Of a stretch of 64,000 nt of DNA, positions 40,291 to 49,994 are shown piece by piece; within the stretch, counting starts at the first letter, position 1, and the number at the start of each line of letters is the position of its first letter. Source of the DNA: Acidimicrobiaceae bacterium. Lineage in GTDB: Bacteria > Actinomycetota > Acidimicrobiia > Acidimicrobiales > Aldehydirespiratoraceae. The stretch covers positions 137,419-201,418 of the forward strand of contig VYFQ01000024.1 in NCBI GenBank assembly GCA_009842325.1. The letters are read 5' to 3'. The notes beneath the pieces are model-generated. The model had not been told where the DNA came from. It made no database searches and saw only the letters and a list, made by a program, of their open reading frames with translations. The position numbers were made by a program, and so were the translations under genes.

Positions 40291-40743
40291 TCAACCAGAG
40301 TTGCCGAGAGCGTCAAGCTTGGCGATGCGTGCCTGGTGGCGGCCGCCATCGAACCCAGCAGCCAGCCAGGCGTCGAGCGCCTCCCGGGCCACCTCGGCAC
40401 CGGTGAGCCGCTCGCCTATGCACAGCACGTTGGCATCGTTGTGGGCCCGGGCCAGGCGGGCTGAGGTCACGTCGTAGGCCACCGCGGCCCGCACGCCCGC
40501 GATCTTGTTGGCGGCCATGGCGATGCCGTTGCCGCTGCCGCACACGCACAGGCCGAGGTCGGCGTCGCCGGCGGCCACGGCCCGGCCCACCGCGGCGCCG
40601 AAGTCGGGGTAGTCCACCCTGTCGTCGGAGTGCGCGCCGCAGTCGGTCACATCGTGGCCGGAGGCCCGCAGATGCTCGGCCAGCGCCTGCTTGAGCCCGT
40701 AGCCCGCATGGTCTGCCCCGACCGCGATCCGCACGGTGGCCAT
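40291..40743 (-). CDS. rpiB: ribose-5-phosphate isomerase B
   Basis: ATG at 40743: [21 protein letters not shown]...[16 protein letters not shown]. Confidence 0.9.
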   Translation of the reverse strand: MATVRIAVGADHAGYGLKQALAEHLRASGHDVTDCGAHSDDRVDYPDFGAAVGRAVAAGDADLGLCVCGSGNGIAMAANKIAGVRAAVAYDVTSARLARAHNDANVLCIGERLTGAEVAREALDAWLAAGFDGGRHQARIAKLDALGNSG

Positions 40744-40784
40744 CCTAGATCGCAACAGTCCCGATGGACGCCAAGGCACTGGAT

Positions 40785-40838
40785 CCCGAATTGGCAGCGG
40801 AGGACGCCCATTTGGGCACTCATGGCTGCCAATTCCCG
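40785..40838. repeat. ~50-nt palindromic intergenic element, copy 2 (between tsaC-like stop and rpiB start)
   Basis: GAATTGGCAGC (40788..40798)-N26-GCTGCCAATTC (40825..40835), an 11-bp perfect inverted repeat. Inner stem GCCC-ATTT-GGGC. Confidence 0.6.
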
Positions 40839-40858
40839 AATGGAGGCGGCTGAGCCCC

Positions 40859-41482
40859 TCAGACCTTCACCACAGCCAGGATCTCGTCGAGGCTGATGGG
40901 ACCTTCTCGCAGCACCACAGGGGTGGCCGCGGTCACGTCCACCACGGTTGACGACGCGCCGGGGCGGGGACCGCCGTCAACAACGAGACGCAGGGTTGGG
41001 AACAGTTCAGCCACGCCTTGGGCGGTGGACGGGGTGGGGCCACCATGAAGGTTTGCGCTGGTAACGGCGAGCGGTCCCGGTCCGGCGATGGCCTGCATGG
41101 TGTCGTCGCCCGGCAGGCGCACCCCAATAGTCGAGCCCTTGCCGAGGTGCGGGGGCGCGCTGGCCGTACGGGCCGCCACGATCGTGAGTGGTCCCGGCCA
41201 GAATCGCTCGGCCAGCCTCCGGGCCTGCGGCGTGAACTCCACCAGCGTCTCTGCCGCGGCCACATCCGCGACCAGCACCGCGATGCTGCGGTCCGCTGGG
41301 CGTTCCTTGAGCTCGAAGAGCCGCTGGATCGCGTCGGCGTCGCCGGCACCGGCGGCCAGTCCGTAGACGGTGTCGGTGGGCACACCGACTGGCTCACCGG
41401 TCCTGAGCGCGGCCAGGGCCGCGGCTGCCGCCTCGGCCAACTCCTCGGGATTGGTGACGGGAACCACCCGGCCAGGACTCAT
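40859..41482 (-). CDS. L-threonylcarbamoyladenylate synthase (Sua5/YwlC/TsaC family)
   Basis: [13 protein letters not shown]...SIAVLV...FWPGPLTIV...SANLHGGP. Conserved position after prmC. Confidence 0.85.
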   Translation of the reverse strand: MSPGRVVPVTNPEELAEAAAAALAALRTGEPVGVPTDTVYGLAAGAGDADAIQRLFELKERPADRSIAVLVADVAAAETLVEFTPQARRLAERFWPGPLTIVAARTASAPPHLGKGSTIGVRLPGDDTMQAIAGPGPLAVTSANLHGGPTPSTAQGVAELFPTLRLVVDGGPRPGASSTVVDVTAATPVVLREGPISLDEILAVVKV

Positions 41483-42381
41483 GGCAGGCGCGCCATCACG
41501 ATCCTCTCGAGGCCGGCCAAGTCGCGCTCCAACCTCACTTCCCCGAAACCGGCTCCCGCGACGAGACCGGCCGACTCCTTAGCTCGATGTGAAGCGACCT
41601 CCATGATCAGGGCTCCGCCGGGGCGAAGCCACCGCGACGCTCCGCCGACTACCTGCTCGACTGCCTCGCGGCCGGTGGGCCCCGACCACAGCGCCACCGC
41701 GGGCTCCCAGTCGGCCACCACGGCCGGGAGCTCCTCGCCGGTGCCGATGTAGGGCGGGTTCGACACCACCACGTCGATCGACCCCTGCAGCGCGCCCGGC
41801 AGCGCCTCGAACCAATCGCCCTCATGAAGAGTCACCCGGGCCGCCGCCCGTCCCAGACCGGCGAGGTTCGCGCTGGCCACCGCCAGCGCGTCGGCCGACA
41901 CGTCGGTGGCGTACACCCTGGCGGCAGGGCACTCGGCCGCCACGGACAGCGCGATGGCGCCCGATCCAGTGCCCAGATCGGCCACGATCACCTCTCGGTC
42001 ACCGCCCGGGGCGTCCGAGCGGCTCGCCACCTCGTCCGCCGCCAAGCCAGCCACGACCTCGGTCTCCGGCCGGGGAATGAGCACCCGGCGGTCGACCATC
42101 AGGTCGAGGGTCCTGAAGCTCCACGAGCCCACTACATACTGCAAGGGCTCGCCCGCGCCCCGCCGTTCCAGCATCGAATAGAACCAAGCCGCAGCCCGTT
42201 TTGTGGCCGGCTCATCGAGAACGCTCTCAAACTCCGCAGGAGCTGCCCCGGCCGCGGCCTCCACGATGCGCCGAGCGTCGATGTCGGACGAGTCCACACC
42301 GTCGGTTCCGGCCAGGCGCTGCCTCGCCTCGTCAAAGAGGCTGCGCCAGCAGACGGCATCGACAGTCGAGACCACCGGCAT
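41479..42381 (-). CDS. prmC: release factor glutamine N5-methyltransferase
   Basis: DLGTGSGAIAL (motif I) and VVSNPPYI (NPPY). Downstream of prfA. Confidence 0.9.
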   Translation of the reverse strand: MPVVSTVDAVCWRSLFDEARQRLAGTDGVDSSDIDARRIVEAAAGAAPAEFESVLDEPATKRAAAWFYSMLERRGAGEPLQYVVGSWSFRTLDLMVDRRVLIPRPETEVVAGLAADEVASRSDAPGGDREVIVADLGTGSGAIALSVAAECPAARVYATDVSADALAVASANLAGLGRAAARVTLHEGDWFEALPGALQGSIDVVVSNPPYIGTGEELPAVVADWEPAVALWSGPTGREAVEQVVGGASRWLRPGGALIMEVASHRAKESAGLVAGAGFGEVRLERDLAGLERIVMARLP

Positions 42382-42392
42382 CCCGCTCGGCC

Positions 42393-43463
42393 TCAGGCGT
42401 CGTCGCCAGCGGCCAGCAGCGCCCGCTGCTCGTCCTGCACCAGAGCGTCGCTCAACTCGTCGAGCTCGCCCGCCAGCACCCGGTCGAGCTTGTAGAGCGT
42501 GACCCCGATGCGATGGTCGGTGACCCGGTTCTCCTTCATGTTGTAGGTGCGGATCTTCTCGGACCGGTCGCCGCCGCCGACCTGGCCCCGGCGCATGGCC
42601 GACTGCTCGGCGGAGGCTCGGTCCTGCTCGGCCTGCAACAGCCTCGACCGAAGCACCCTCAGCGCCTTCTGCTTGTTCTGGAGCTGGCTCTTCTCGTCCT
42701 GCATGGCCACCACCAGGCCGCTGGGCAGGTGGGTTATCCGCACCGCCGAGTCGGTGGTGTTCACCGACTGTCCACCTGGTCCCGACGAGCGGAAGACATC
42801 GACCTGTAGGTCGGCCTCGTCGATCTTCACGTCGACTTCCTCGGCCTCCGGCAGCACCGAGACCGTCGCCGACGACGTGTGGACCCGGCCCTGCGACTCG
42901 GTGACCGGTACCCGCTGCACCCGGTGGGTGCCCGCCTCGTGCTTCATGCGGGTCCAGGCCTGATCGCCGGAGATGAGCCCGCTCACCTCGGTGTACCCCC
43001 CGAGATCCGAGGGCGAAGCGGCCAGCGGTTCCAGCTTCCAGCGCCGTCGCTTGGCGAACGCCTGGTACATGCCGAACAGGTCGCGGGCGAACAGGTTGGC
43101 CTCCTCCCCGCCGGCCGCGCCGCGTATCTCGACGATCACGTTGCGGCCCTCGTTGGGGTCGGGCGGGAGCAGCAGGACCCTCAACTCCTCGGTGGCCGCC
43201 TCGGCGGCCGCCTCGAGCTCGTCGATCATCTCTCGCAGTTCGGCCCTCTCGGCTGCGTCGGCCGCGCCGTGCATGCGGCGAGCCTCGTCGAGGTCGTCCT
43301 GGACCGAGCGGAGCCGCTGTCCCGTGGCCACGATCTCGCTGAGTTGCTTGTGGCGGCGACCCAATTCGGCCAGACGGCGCGGGTCGGACTGCACCGCGGG
43401 GTCACCCAGGCGCATCTCCACATCCCTCAGCTCGTTCTCGAGGCCGGCTATCCGCTCCAGCAT
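42393..43463 (-). CDS. prfA: peptide chain release factor 1
   Basis: SSGPGGQSVNTTDSAVRITHLPSG (GGQ) and the RF1 tripeptide context VPVTESQGRVHTS. Confidence 0.95.
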   Translation of the reverse strand: MLERIAGLENELRDVEMRLGDPAVQSDPRRLAELGRRHKQLSEIVATGQRLRSVQDDLDEARRMHGAADAAERAELREMIDELEAAAEAATEELRVLLLPPDPNEGRNVIVEIRGAAGGEEANLFARDLFGMYQAFAKRRRWKLEPLAASPSDLGGYTEVSGLISGDQAWTRMKHEAGTHRVQRVPVTESQGRVHTSSATVSVLPEAEEVDVKIDEADLQVDVFRSSGPGGQSVNTTDSAVRITHLPSGLVVAMQDEKSQLQNKQKALRVLRSRLLQAEQDRASAEQSAMRRGQVGGGDRSEKIRTYNMKENRVTDHRIGVTLYKLDRVLAGELDELSDALVQDEQRALLAAGDDA

Positions 43464-43513
43464 GGTTCGAGACTACCGGCCCCACCGGTGCGCTCTGGGC
43501 GGTCCGACGGGTA

Positions 43514-44101
43514 TCAGAGCGAGGCCAGGAAGGAGTCGACCACGGCCACGATCTCGGCGTCGACCCCTGGTTTAGGGTTGTGGCCCTGGCCCTCGAGCCA
43601 GTGGACGGTCACATCGCCGGAGATCGCTCCGATGTGGCCCGCGAACTCCTCGGGCGTGCCGAAGGGGTCCCGGTCGCCGTTCACAAGCAGCGTGGGCACG
43701 TCCATGTCGCTGAAGTGCTCGACCCGCAGTTTCTCGGGCTTGCCCGGGGGGTGCAACGGGTAGCTGAGCAGCACGAGCCCGGCCGAAGCCAGCCCCTCGG
43801 CCACCGCCATGGAGCACATGCGGCCCCCCATCGAGCGCCCGCCCAGCACGAGCCGGTCGATGGTGGTCCCGAGGTCGGAGGCGAACGCTTCGGCCTCGGC
43901 GCGGACTGTCCCGATCAGTTTCGGTGCCCGGTCCGGGAACCGCCTGCCCTCACGCCGGTACGGGAACTCGACGCGGCGCACCGGCATACCAAGGCCCTCC
44001 TCCAAGGCGACGAGCGTGTGCTGGTCGGCGCCCCCGCCCGCCCCGTGGGTCAACAGCAGCCCCGCCACCGCGGTGGGCTTGTTGTCGGAGCCTGGCTGCA
44101 T
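43514..44101 (-). CDS. alpha/beta hydrolase (dienelactone-hydrolase-like, COG3571-type)
   Basis: Last 195 codons of ORF 43514..45631: LLLTHGAGGG...LVLGGRSMGGRM (nucleophile elbow)...LLVNGDRDPFG. The rest of that ORF is antisense to the sulfatase gene. Confidence 0.7.
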   Translation of the reverse strand: MQPGSDNKPTAVAGLLLTHGAGGGADQHTLVALEEGLGMPVRRVEFPYRREGRRFPDRAPKLIGTVRAEAEAFASDLGTTIDRLVLGGRSMGGRMCSMAVAEGLASAGLVLLSYPLHPPGKPEKLRVEHFSDMDVPTLLVNGDRDPFGTPEEFAGHIGAISGDVTVHWLEGQGHNPKPGVDAEIVAVVDSFLASL

Positions 44102-44161
44102 CCCTCGAAGAATACGTTCGGATGGCCTGCCTGCCTTCGGCGGCAGAACTAGCGTCCGGCC

Positions 44162-45682
44162 ATGGACAGACCCAACATCCTGGTGGTCATGGCCGATCAG
44201 CTGGCCCCTCACTTCACCGGCGCCTACGGGCATCGTCGGGTTCGCACTCCCGCTATGGATGCGCTGGCTGAGCGGGGAGTCCGCTTCGACGCCGCCTACT
44301 GCAACTCGCCGTTGTGCGCACCGTCGCGGTTCTCGATGATGTCGGGGCGGCTCGCGTCGGAGATCGGGGCGTTCGACAACGGAGCCGAGTTCACGGCCTC
44401 GATCCCCACCATGGCCCACTACCTGCGGCTGGCCGGCTACCGCACCACGCTGTCGGGAAAGATGCACTTCGTCGGACCCGACCAGCTCCACGGCTTCGAG
44501 GAGCGCCTCACCACCGACGTCTACCCGTCCGGCTTCGCCTGGGCCGCCAACTGGGACGCGGCCGCCCAGCATCCCGGCAAGTGGTACTACGACTTCGAGT
44601 CGGTGACCGGGGCCGGACCGGTGCTGGCCAACTTCCAGATCGACTACGACGACGAGGTCGGGTTCACCGCGGTGCGCCGCCTCTACGACTTGGCACGGCC
44701 CCACATCGATGAGCGGCCGTTCTTCCTGGTGGCGTCGTTCATCCATCCCCACGACCCCTACGAGGCCCGTCCCGAGTGGTGGAACCTCTACGACCCCGAC
44801 GACATCGACCTGCCCGATCCCATCCGCGACGAGGAGGTCGACCCCCACACCCGGCGTATCCGCCAGGGCACCCAGGGCGACACCGCCGGCTATACGGCGG
44901 CCCATTACCGCACCGCCCGCCACGGGTACTACGCCGCTACCAGCTATTTCGACTCCTGGCTGGGCCGCCTGGTCGATGCGCTGGCGGAGACCGGCCGCCT
45001 GGACGACACGGTGGTCATCGTCATCAGCGACCACGGCGACATGCTGGGCGACCGGGGGGTGTTCTTCAAGATGTCGTTCTTCGAGCGCTCGGCACGGGTG
45101 CCGCTGATCATGGCCGGGCCCGGCATTCCCGAGGGCACGACCGTCCCCAACGCATGCTCGCTGCTCGACCTTCTGCCCACCCTGCTCGACATCGCCTCCG
45201 ACGGCGGCTCGTGGCCCGAGTTCGACACGCCGATCTCGGGGCGCAGTCTCTGGGAACTGGCCTGCGGCGGCAGCGACGACGTCGACGAGACGGTCGGCGA
45301 GTACATGGCCGTGTTGACGTCGCATCCGATCTTCATGATCCGCCGGGGCCGCCACAAGTACATCCACTGCGACTCCGATCCCCCGCTGCTCTACGACGTC
45401 GAGGCCGACCCGCTCGAGCGCACCAACTTGGCTGACGAATCCGGCTGCGCCGAGCTGGCCGCAGCCTTTGCAGCCGAGACCGTGCAGCGTTGGGACAGCG
45501 CGGCCATCCGCGAGCGGGTACTCGCCTCCCAGCGGTCTCGGCGCGCCATCCAGGCCGCGATCGGTACCAACGGGCCCGGCTGGGACTACCGGCCCGAGCG
45601 CGACGCCAACACCGAGTACGTGCGCGACCACACGACCTACGCCCAGATCGGCACGCGGAGCCGGATCAGCCTCCCAGCCTGA
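44162..45682 (+). CDS. choline-sulfatase-like arylsulfatase
   Basis: NILVVMADQL...YCNSPLCAPSRFSMMSGR (C-x-P-x-R formylglycine motif)...VVIVISDHGDMLG. Confidence 0.85.
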   Translation: MDRPNILVVMADQLAPHFTGAYGHRRVRTPAMDALAERGVRFDAAYCNSPLCAPSRFSMMSGRLASEIGAFDNGAEFTASIPTMAHYLRLAGYRTTLSGKMHFVGPDQLHGFEERLTTDVYPSGFAWAANWDAAAQHPGKWYYDFESVTGAGPVLANFQIDYDDEVGFTAVRRLYDLARPHIDERPFFLVASFIHPHDPYEARPEWWNLYDPDDIDLPDPIRDEEVDPHTRRIRQGTQGDTAGYTAAHYRTARHGYYAATSYFDSWLGRLVDALAETGRLDDTVVIVISDHGDMLGDRGVFFKMSFFERSARVPLIMAGPGIPEGTTVPNACSLLDLLPTLLDIASDGGSWPEFDTPISGRSLWELACGGSDDVDETVGEYMAVLTSHPIFMIRRGRHKYIHCDSDPPLLYDVEADPLERTNLADESGCAELAAAFAAETVQRWDSAAIRERVLASQRSRRAIQAAIGTNGPGWDYRPERDANTEYVRDHTTYAQIGTRSRISLPA

Positions 45683-45700
45683 ACCGCTGAGAGGCTCGGC

Positions 45701-46720
45701 TCAGATGGCCTTGATGGCGGCCATTGCCGCCTGCCGGCGGTCGGGGTCGCCTTTGAAGGGGGCGTAGAACGAGATCCGGCTGATGACGTCTCCGTACCGG
45801 CGGGCGAGTTCGGGGGCGATCCCCTCGGGCGCGGCAACCACCGCGAACGTGTTGAGGATCTCGTCGTCGATGAGGGTGCCCATCTCAACCCACTGTCCCC
45901 GTTTGGACAGCGTGTTGAGCTCTACCTGGAGGTCGCCCCAGCCGTGGATCTCCAGCACCGGTCGGTAGGCGGGCGTGGAGCCGTAGAAGGCGATCTGCTG
46001 GCGGGTGGCGGTCGCGGCCCTCTCGATCTCCTCGTCAGTCTCGCCGGTCACGACGAACGACGGTCCGGCTATCTCGTAGCCGTCCATGGAGGCCCCGGCT
46101 CGTGCCCGGCCCCGCTCTAGAGCGGGCAGCGTGACCTCGCGCAGGTACTTCTCGGTGGTGAACGGGTGGCACAGGAACCCGTCGCACACCTCGCCGGAGA
46201 CCTCGGTCATCAGCGGGCCTACCCCGGCCAGGAAGATCGGCGGCGGCCCGAAGTCTCCAAGGTCGCTGGCGCGGGGCGTGAACATCGGCGTCATCAGGGT
46301 GTGCCGGTAGAACTCGCCCTCGAAGCGCAGGCGTGTGCCGTGCAGCCAGGCGTCCCAGATGGCCCGGACAGCCTGCACCATCTCGCGCATGCGGGCCGCT
46401 GGCTTGCTCCATTCCATCGAGAAGCGCTTGGTGATGTGGGGCTTGATCTGGCTGCCGAGGCCGAGCACGAACCGGCCCTGCGACAGGGTCTGCAAATCCC
46501 AGCCGATGTTGGCCAGCAGCATTGGGTTGCGAGCGAACGCCACCGCGATGGCGGTGCCCAGCTCGATCTCGGTGGTCTGGGCGGCAGCCGCCGCCAGCGG
46601 CAGGAACGGGTCGTGGGGGCCCTCCGCGGTCCAGGCGCCCGAGTAGCCTGCCGCCTCCAGGTCGGCAGCCGTGGTGCCCGCCTCGGTGATCGAGCCGAGC
46701 AGCAATGAATCGATCTTCAT
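45701..46720 (-). CDS. LLM-class (luciferase-like) F420-dependent oxidoreductase
   Basis: MKIDSLLLG...AEGPHDPFLPLAAAAAQTTEIELGTAIAVAFARNPM...RFVLGLGSQ. Confidence 0.85.
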   Translation of the reverse strand: MKIDSLLLGSITEAGTTAADLEAAGYSGAWTAEGPHDPFLPLAAAAAQTTEIELGTAIAVAFARNPMLLANIGWDLQTLSQGRFVLGLGSQIKPHITKRFSMEWSKPAARMREMVQAVRAIWDAWLHGTRLRFEGEFYRHTLMTPMFTPRASDLGDFGPPPIFLAGVGPLMTEVSGEVCDGFLCHPFTTEKYLREVTLPALERGRARAGASMDGYEIAGPSFVVTGETDEEIERAATATRQQIAFYGSTPAYRPVLEIHGWGDLQVELNTLSKRGQWVEMGTLIDDEILNTFAVVAAPEGIAPELARRYGDVISRISFYAPFKGDPDRRQAAMAAIKAI

Positions 46721-47880
46721 GGCGGGCGACAGTACTTCGGGAACGCCTAGCCTCAGCGCTCATCGCTGCACGCGCTCACTCCACCGGCGAGGATCTGTAC
46801 CGGATCGTGTGCGACTACGCCGCGCTCGGGCACCACCGGTCGGGCACGGACCGCGACGTCGCCACGACGGAGTGGTTCGTTGATCTGATGAGCGACCTCG
46901 GGGAAGTCACCAGCTCGGCGGTGGAGTTCGAGCGATATGACGTGGCTAGCGAACTCTCCGCCGGCGAGCGTCCGATCGACCATTTGGCCCTGTACTACGA
47001 GTTCACCGGGGAAGTCGAGACCTCGGACGTGGCTGTGCGACGGTTTGACCCCGTCGGGGGCGGGTTCCCCGACGTAGCCGACAAGCTCATCGACGAGACC
47101 AGGCAGGACAAATGTGAGGCGCTGGTGATCTGCACCGACCATCCGGACGGTGAGCTGGTCGCCATCAACCGGGAACTGGCTGCCGGCCCTTCCGGGTTGC
47201 CGACCGTCCTGGTGGCCGGCCGCCACTACGACACTCTGGCCTCGTCGACAGTTCGCCTGCGGCTCAGGGCGGGGCTGGTCCCGGGCCGCACCGCCAACAT
47301 CGAGGTCCGGAACAATCAGCCGGGGCGCCGGCTGGTGCTGACCACCCCGCTCAACGGCTGGTTCGACGCGGCCGGCGAGCGAGGAACCGGCATTGCCGTG
47401 CTGCACCATGTGGCCGAGCGGCTCACCGACCGCCCGTTGACGGTGGTCGCCACCGGGGGCCACGAGCTGGGCTACATAGGCGCGTACGCCTGGGTCGACC
47501 GGTGCGCCGAGCCGCCGGCGTGCATTGCGCACATCGGTGCATCGCTCGCCGTGGAGACCGCGGTCGGGGGCGGCCGCCGACTCATCGACAGCCGGATCGC
47601 CATGACCACGCTGGGCGAATCAACCGCCCGCGGGGTGGCCGCGGCCCTCGATGACGCCGGGATCAAGCTGCGCTGCGATTCGGACACGTGGCTCGGCGAG
47701 GGTGAGGCGTGGAGTCGCCTGGGCGTCCCGGTGCTGTCGACGACGGGTGCCGGACCGGACTTTCACACTCCCTCAGACACTCCCGAGCGGGCTACCTCAC
47801 CGGGCGCCCTGGCCACCGTCGCCGACGCTGTGCATCGGGCTGTGGCCGCTTTCTGCGACGCCGCCACGGTCTGCTCATAG
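46705..47880 (+). CDS. M28-like metallopeptidase-fold protein (start uncertain)
   Basis: GHHRSGTDRDVATTEWF, VVATGGHELGYIGAYAW (M28 xxEELGLLGS position) and DFHTPSDTPE (M28 HTxxDT). The ATG at 46705 overlaps the divergent LLM start by 16 nt. Confidence 0.55.
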   Translation: MNRSSWRATVLRERLASALIAARAHSTGEDLYRIVCDYAALGHHRSGTDRDVATTEWFVDLMSDLGEVTSSAVEFERYDVASELSAGERPIDHLALYYEFTGEVETSDVAVRRFDPVGGGFPDVADKLIDETRQDKCEALVICTDHPDGELVAINRELAAGPSGLPTVLVAGRHYDTLASSTVRLRLRAGLVPGRTANIEVRNNQPGRRLVLTTPLNGWFDAAGERGTGIAVLHHVAERLTDRPLTVVATGGHELGYIGAYAWVDRCAEPPACIAHIGASLAVETAVGGGRRLIDSRIAMTTLGESTARGVAAALDDAGIKLRCDSDTWLGEGEAWSRLGVPVLSTTGAGPDFHTPSDTPERATSPGALATVADAVHRAVAAFCDAATVCS

Positions 47881-47907
47881 GCTCAAGCAGGACTCAAGGA
47901 GTACGGC

Positions 47908-48750
47908 ATGCAGGTTCGAAGAGTCGCCGGAGCCCTGGGCGCGGAGATCCTCGGCGTCGACCTCCGGGATCCCGACCTCGACTTCGACGCCGTCTATGGG
48001 GCCTTTCTCGAGCATGAGGTCATCTTCTTCCGGGGTGCGCATCTCACCGAGGAAGAGCACCTCGCCCTCGGTCGCCGCTTCGGCACGCCCAGCATCTACC
48101 CGGTCGCTCGGGTCATGGGCGCGACCGAGCCCACGATGACCGTCATCAAGGACGGCCCCAACAGCCCCAATGCCGCCGACCGCTGGCACACCGACGTCAC
48201 CTGGATCGCCACTCCGCCCAAGGCCGCACTGCTGCACATGGAGCTGGCCGCGGAGTACGGCGGCGACACGCTTTGGGCGTCGGCTACCCGCGCCTACGAG
48301 ACGTTGAGCCCGGCGGTGCAGGAGTTCTTCGCTTCGCTGACGGTTGTGCACTCCAATGAGGGGTACCTGGAGCGGGTTGCCGAGAAGGCCGGCGAGCGCG
48401 CCGAGGCGATCACCGAGGCCATTGCGCGTGACTACGGTCCTGTTGAGCATCCGCTGGTGCGCACCCATCCGGAGACGGGCAAGCGGGCCTTGCTGTACGC
48501 CGAGGGGTTCGTCGACCATGTGGCGGGCGTTAGCCGTGCTGAGAGCGACATGGTCTTTAGCTTCCTGCGCGAGCACGTGGCCGAGCCGTCATTGCACTGC
48601 CGCTGGCAGTGGCAGAACGGCGATCTGGCCATCTGGGACGAGCGCTCCACGCTGCACCGCTCCGCCGCCGACCACTTCCCCCAGCGCCGCGTCATCCGCC
48701 GCCTCGAGATCGACGGCGACCGCCCCTACTTCGACCCCAACGGCTCTTAG
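47908..48750 (+). CDS. TauD/TfdA family Fe(II)/2-oxoglutarate dioxygenase
   Basis: GAEILGVDLRDP...FFRGAHLTEEEHLALGRRFG...WHTDVTW (HxD facial triad)...LHRS. Confidence 0.85.
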   Translation: MQVRRVAGALGAEILGVDLRDPDLDFDAVYGAFLEHEVIFFRGAHLTEEEHLALGRRFGTPSIYPVARVMGATEPTMTVIKDGPNSPNAADRWHTDVTWIATPPKAALLHMELAAEYGGDTLWASATRAYETLSPAVQEFFASLTVVHSNEGYLERVAEKAGERAEAITEAIARDYGPVEHPLVRTHPETGKRALLYAEGFVDHVAGVSRAESDMVFSFLREHVAEPSLHCRWQWQNGDLAIWDERSTLHRSAADHFPQRRVIRRLEIDGDRPYFDPNGS

Positions 48751-48785
48751 TCTCTCGCCTTCGGCTCCCTGCCCGCGCCGGATCG

Positions 48786-49313
48786 TCAGCCGAGCTCGTT
48801 GCCGCTCGTGGCTGATGCGTCGGGAGCGCTCGGGCCGGTGAGCCGGCCCGCCAAGGCATCGTCCACCGCCGCGGTGGCGTTGAGGTGGGCTATCAGCGCG
48901 GTCAACTTCCGGTCGATCTCCGCGACCGCCGCTTCGAGCTTGTCGAATCGAGCCTCCACCCTGCGCTCGAACTCGATGAACCTGGCCTCAAGGCGGTCGA
49001 CCCTGACCTCAAGTCGGTCGACCTTGGCCTCGAGTTGGTCGACCTTGGCCTCGAGTCGGTCGATGCGGATATTGATGTCATCGATGCGGATGTGGGGGCT
49101 GACTATCGCTGCGGTCAGCAGGGCCACGATGACGAGGCCGAAGAAGCTCAGCAGCGGATTCTCCGCAACCTGAGCCCGCAGGCTCGGCCTGACCACGGTC
49201 GCCGCGCCGGCCCGCGTTTGCGCCTGGTCGGTCGCTGCCTCAGGTGCGATGTCAGACGGGTTGACCATGGGGGATGCCGCTTCGGCGGCGGGAATGGGAG
49301 CGGATGTCGTCAT
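48786..49313 (-). CDS. membrane-anchored coiled-coil protein (unknown function)
   Basis: 175 aa. TM segment LLSFFGLVIVALLTAAIV, followed by heptads IDRLEAK VDQLEAK VDRLEVR VDRLEAR FIEFERR VEARFDK LEAAVAE IDRKLTA. Confidence 0.6.
   Translation of the reverse strand: MTTSAPIPAAEAASPMVNPSDIAPEAATDQAQTRAGAATVVRPSLRAQVAENPLLSFFGLVIVALLTAAIVSPHIRIDDINIRIDRLEAKVDQLEAKVDRLEVRVDRLEARFIEFERRVEARFDKLEAAVAEIDRKLTALIAHLNATAAVDDALAGRLTGPSAPDASATSGNELG
48986..49069 (-). repeat. in-frame 21-nt tandem repeat (4 units) encoding heptads
   Basis: Plus-strand units start at 48986, 49007, 49028 and 49049: cctcaaggcggtcgaccctga / cctcaagtcggtcgaccttgg / cctcgagttggtcgaccttgg / cctcgagtcggtcgatgcgga. Confidence 0.85.
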
Positions 49314-49408
49314 CAGAGCCTCGCCTCAGGGCCGGCGGCGGTACGGGCAACAGTGCGGCTGGAAGGATCGGCTGCCGACAAAGCCCGGCAACAAGGCTCG
49401 AACTGGAG

Positions 49409-49435
49409 ATTATACGACAATCAATGTCATGTCAA
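49409..49435 (-). promoter_or_regulatory. consensus-like sigma-70 promoter pointing at the coiled-coil gene
   Basis: Minus strand reads TTGACA (49435..49430)-15 nt-TATAAT (49414..49409), both perfect hexamers in an AT-rich patch. The 15-nt spacer is short. It lies about 95 nt upstream of the 49313 start. Confidence 0.4.
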
Positions 49436-49501
49436 CACCATGAACCTTCTCCCAGCATCACCCGACCAGGGCTGTCACACCCCGACCGTACTGTGGCCGT
49501 C

Positions 49502-49948
49502 ATGGAAGCGGACTATGGGACGGGCTTCGAGGTCAGGCTGGGCGACATGAGGGGCTGTGTTCTCATAAGGGACGCTGCCATCGTCGTCGTCGAGACTGTC
49601 GCCGAGGCCCGGGAGGCCATTCTCAGCTACGCAAGGGACGCGCTCGGCCACCACGCCCACGATCCAGAGCGCCGCAAGTACCTGCGCCTGAACGTACGAC
49701 CGGGCGGCGCGACCTGGGAAGATCTGGCCGAGTGCGAGGACGGCCGCCGCTACGACCCGGCCGAACCCGAAGCCGGCATGACGTGCAGCTACCTCCTGTA
49801 CTTGCAGGGCGGCCTGGAAGGCGTAGGCGGCGTGATGTGGACCTACGGCGTGACCATCTGGGCCACCGCACCCCCCGAGGTCTGGGACCACCCCACCGAT
49901 CAGCCCATCGGACTGGACGAAGAAGACGATCCCGACGACGATCTGTAG
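49502..49948 (+). CDS. hypothetical 148-aa acidic protein
   Basis: Internal ATG at 49502 of ORF 49274..49948: MEADYGTGFEVRLGDMRGCVLIRD...GLDEEDDPDDDL. TACTGT lies 7 nt upstream of the ATG (possible leaderless -10). No family recognised. Confidence 0.5.
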   Translation: MEADYGTGFEVRLGDMRGCVLIRDAAIVVVETVAEAREAILSYARDALGHHAHDPERRKYLRLNVRPGGATWEDLAECEDGRRYDPAEPEAGMTCSYLLYLQGGLEGVGGVMWTYGVTIWATAPPEVWDHPTDQPIGLDEEDDPDDDL

Positions 49949-49994
49949 TACTCGGTCCGCCCGAGCCCGGCCCGCCGAACCCAAGGCAGGAAGC

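Noticed and set aside
48986-49069. Short-period tandem repeats (here and at 1271..1402, 11586..11657, 62234..62338 and 62805..62864) considered as CRISPR arrays or non-coding satellites.
   Set aside because: All are in frame within ORFs, have no unique spacers, and translate to sensible heptad or acidic-linker repeats.
49314-49501. The AT-rich 188-nt gap was screened for a tRNA, an att site or a small RNA.
   Set aside because: No cloverleaf-compatible arms or T-loop consensus were found. The AT-rich core is better explained by the TTGACA/TATAAT promoter pair.
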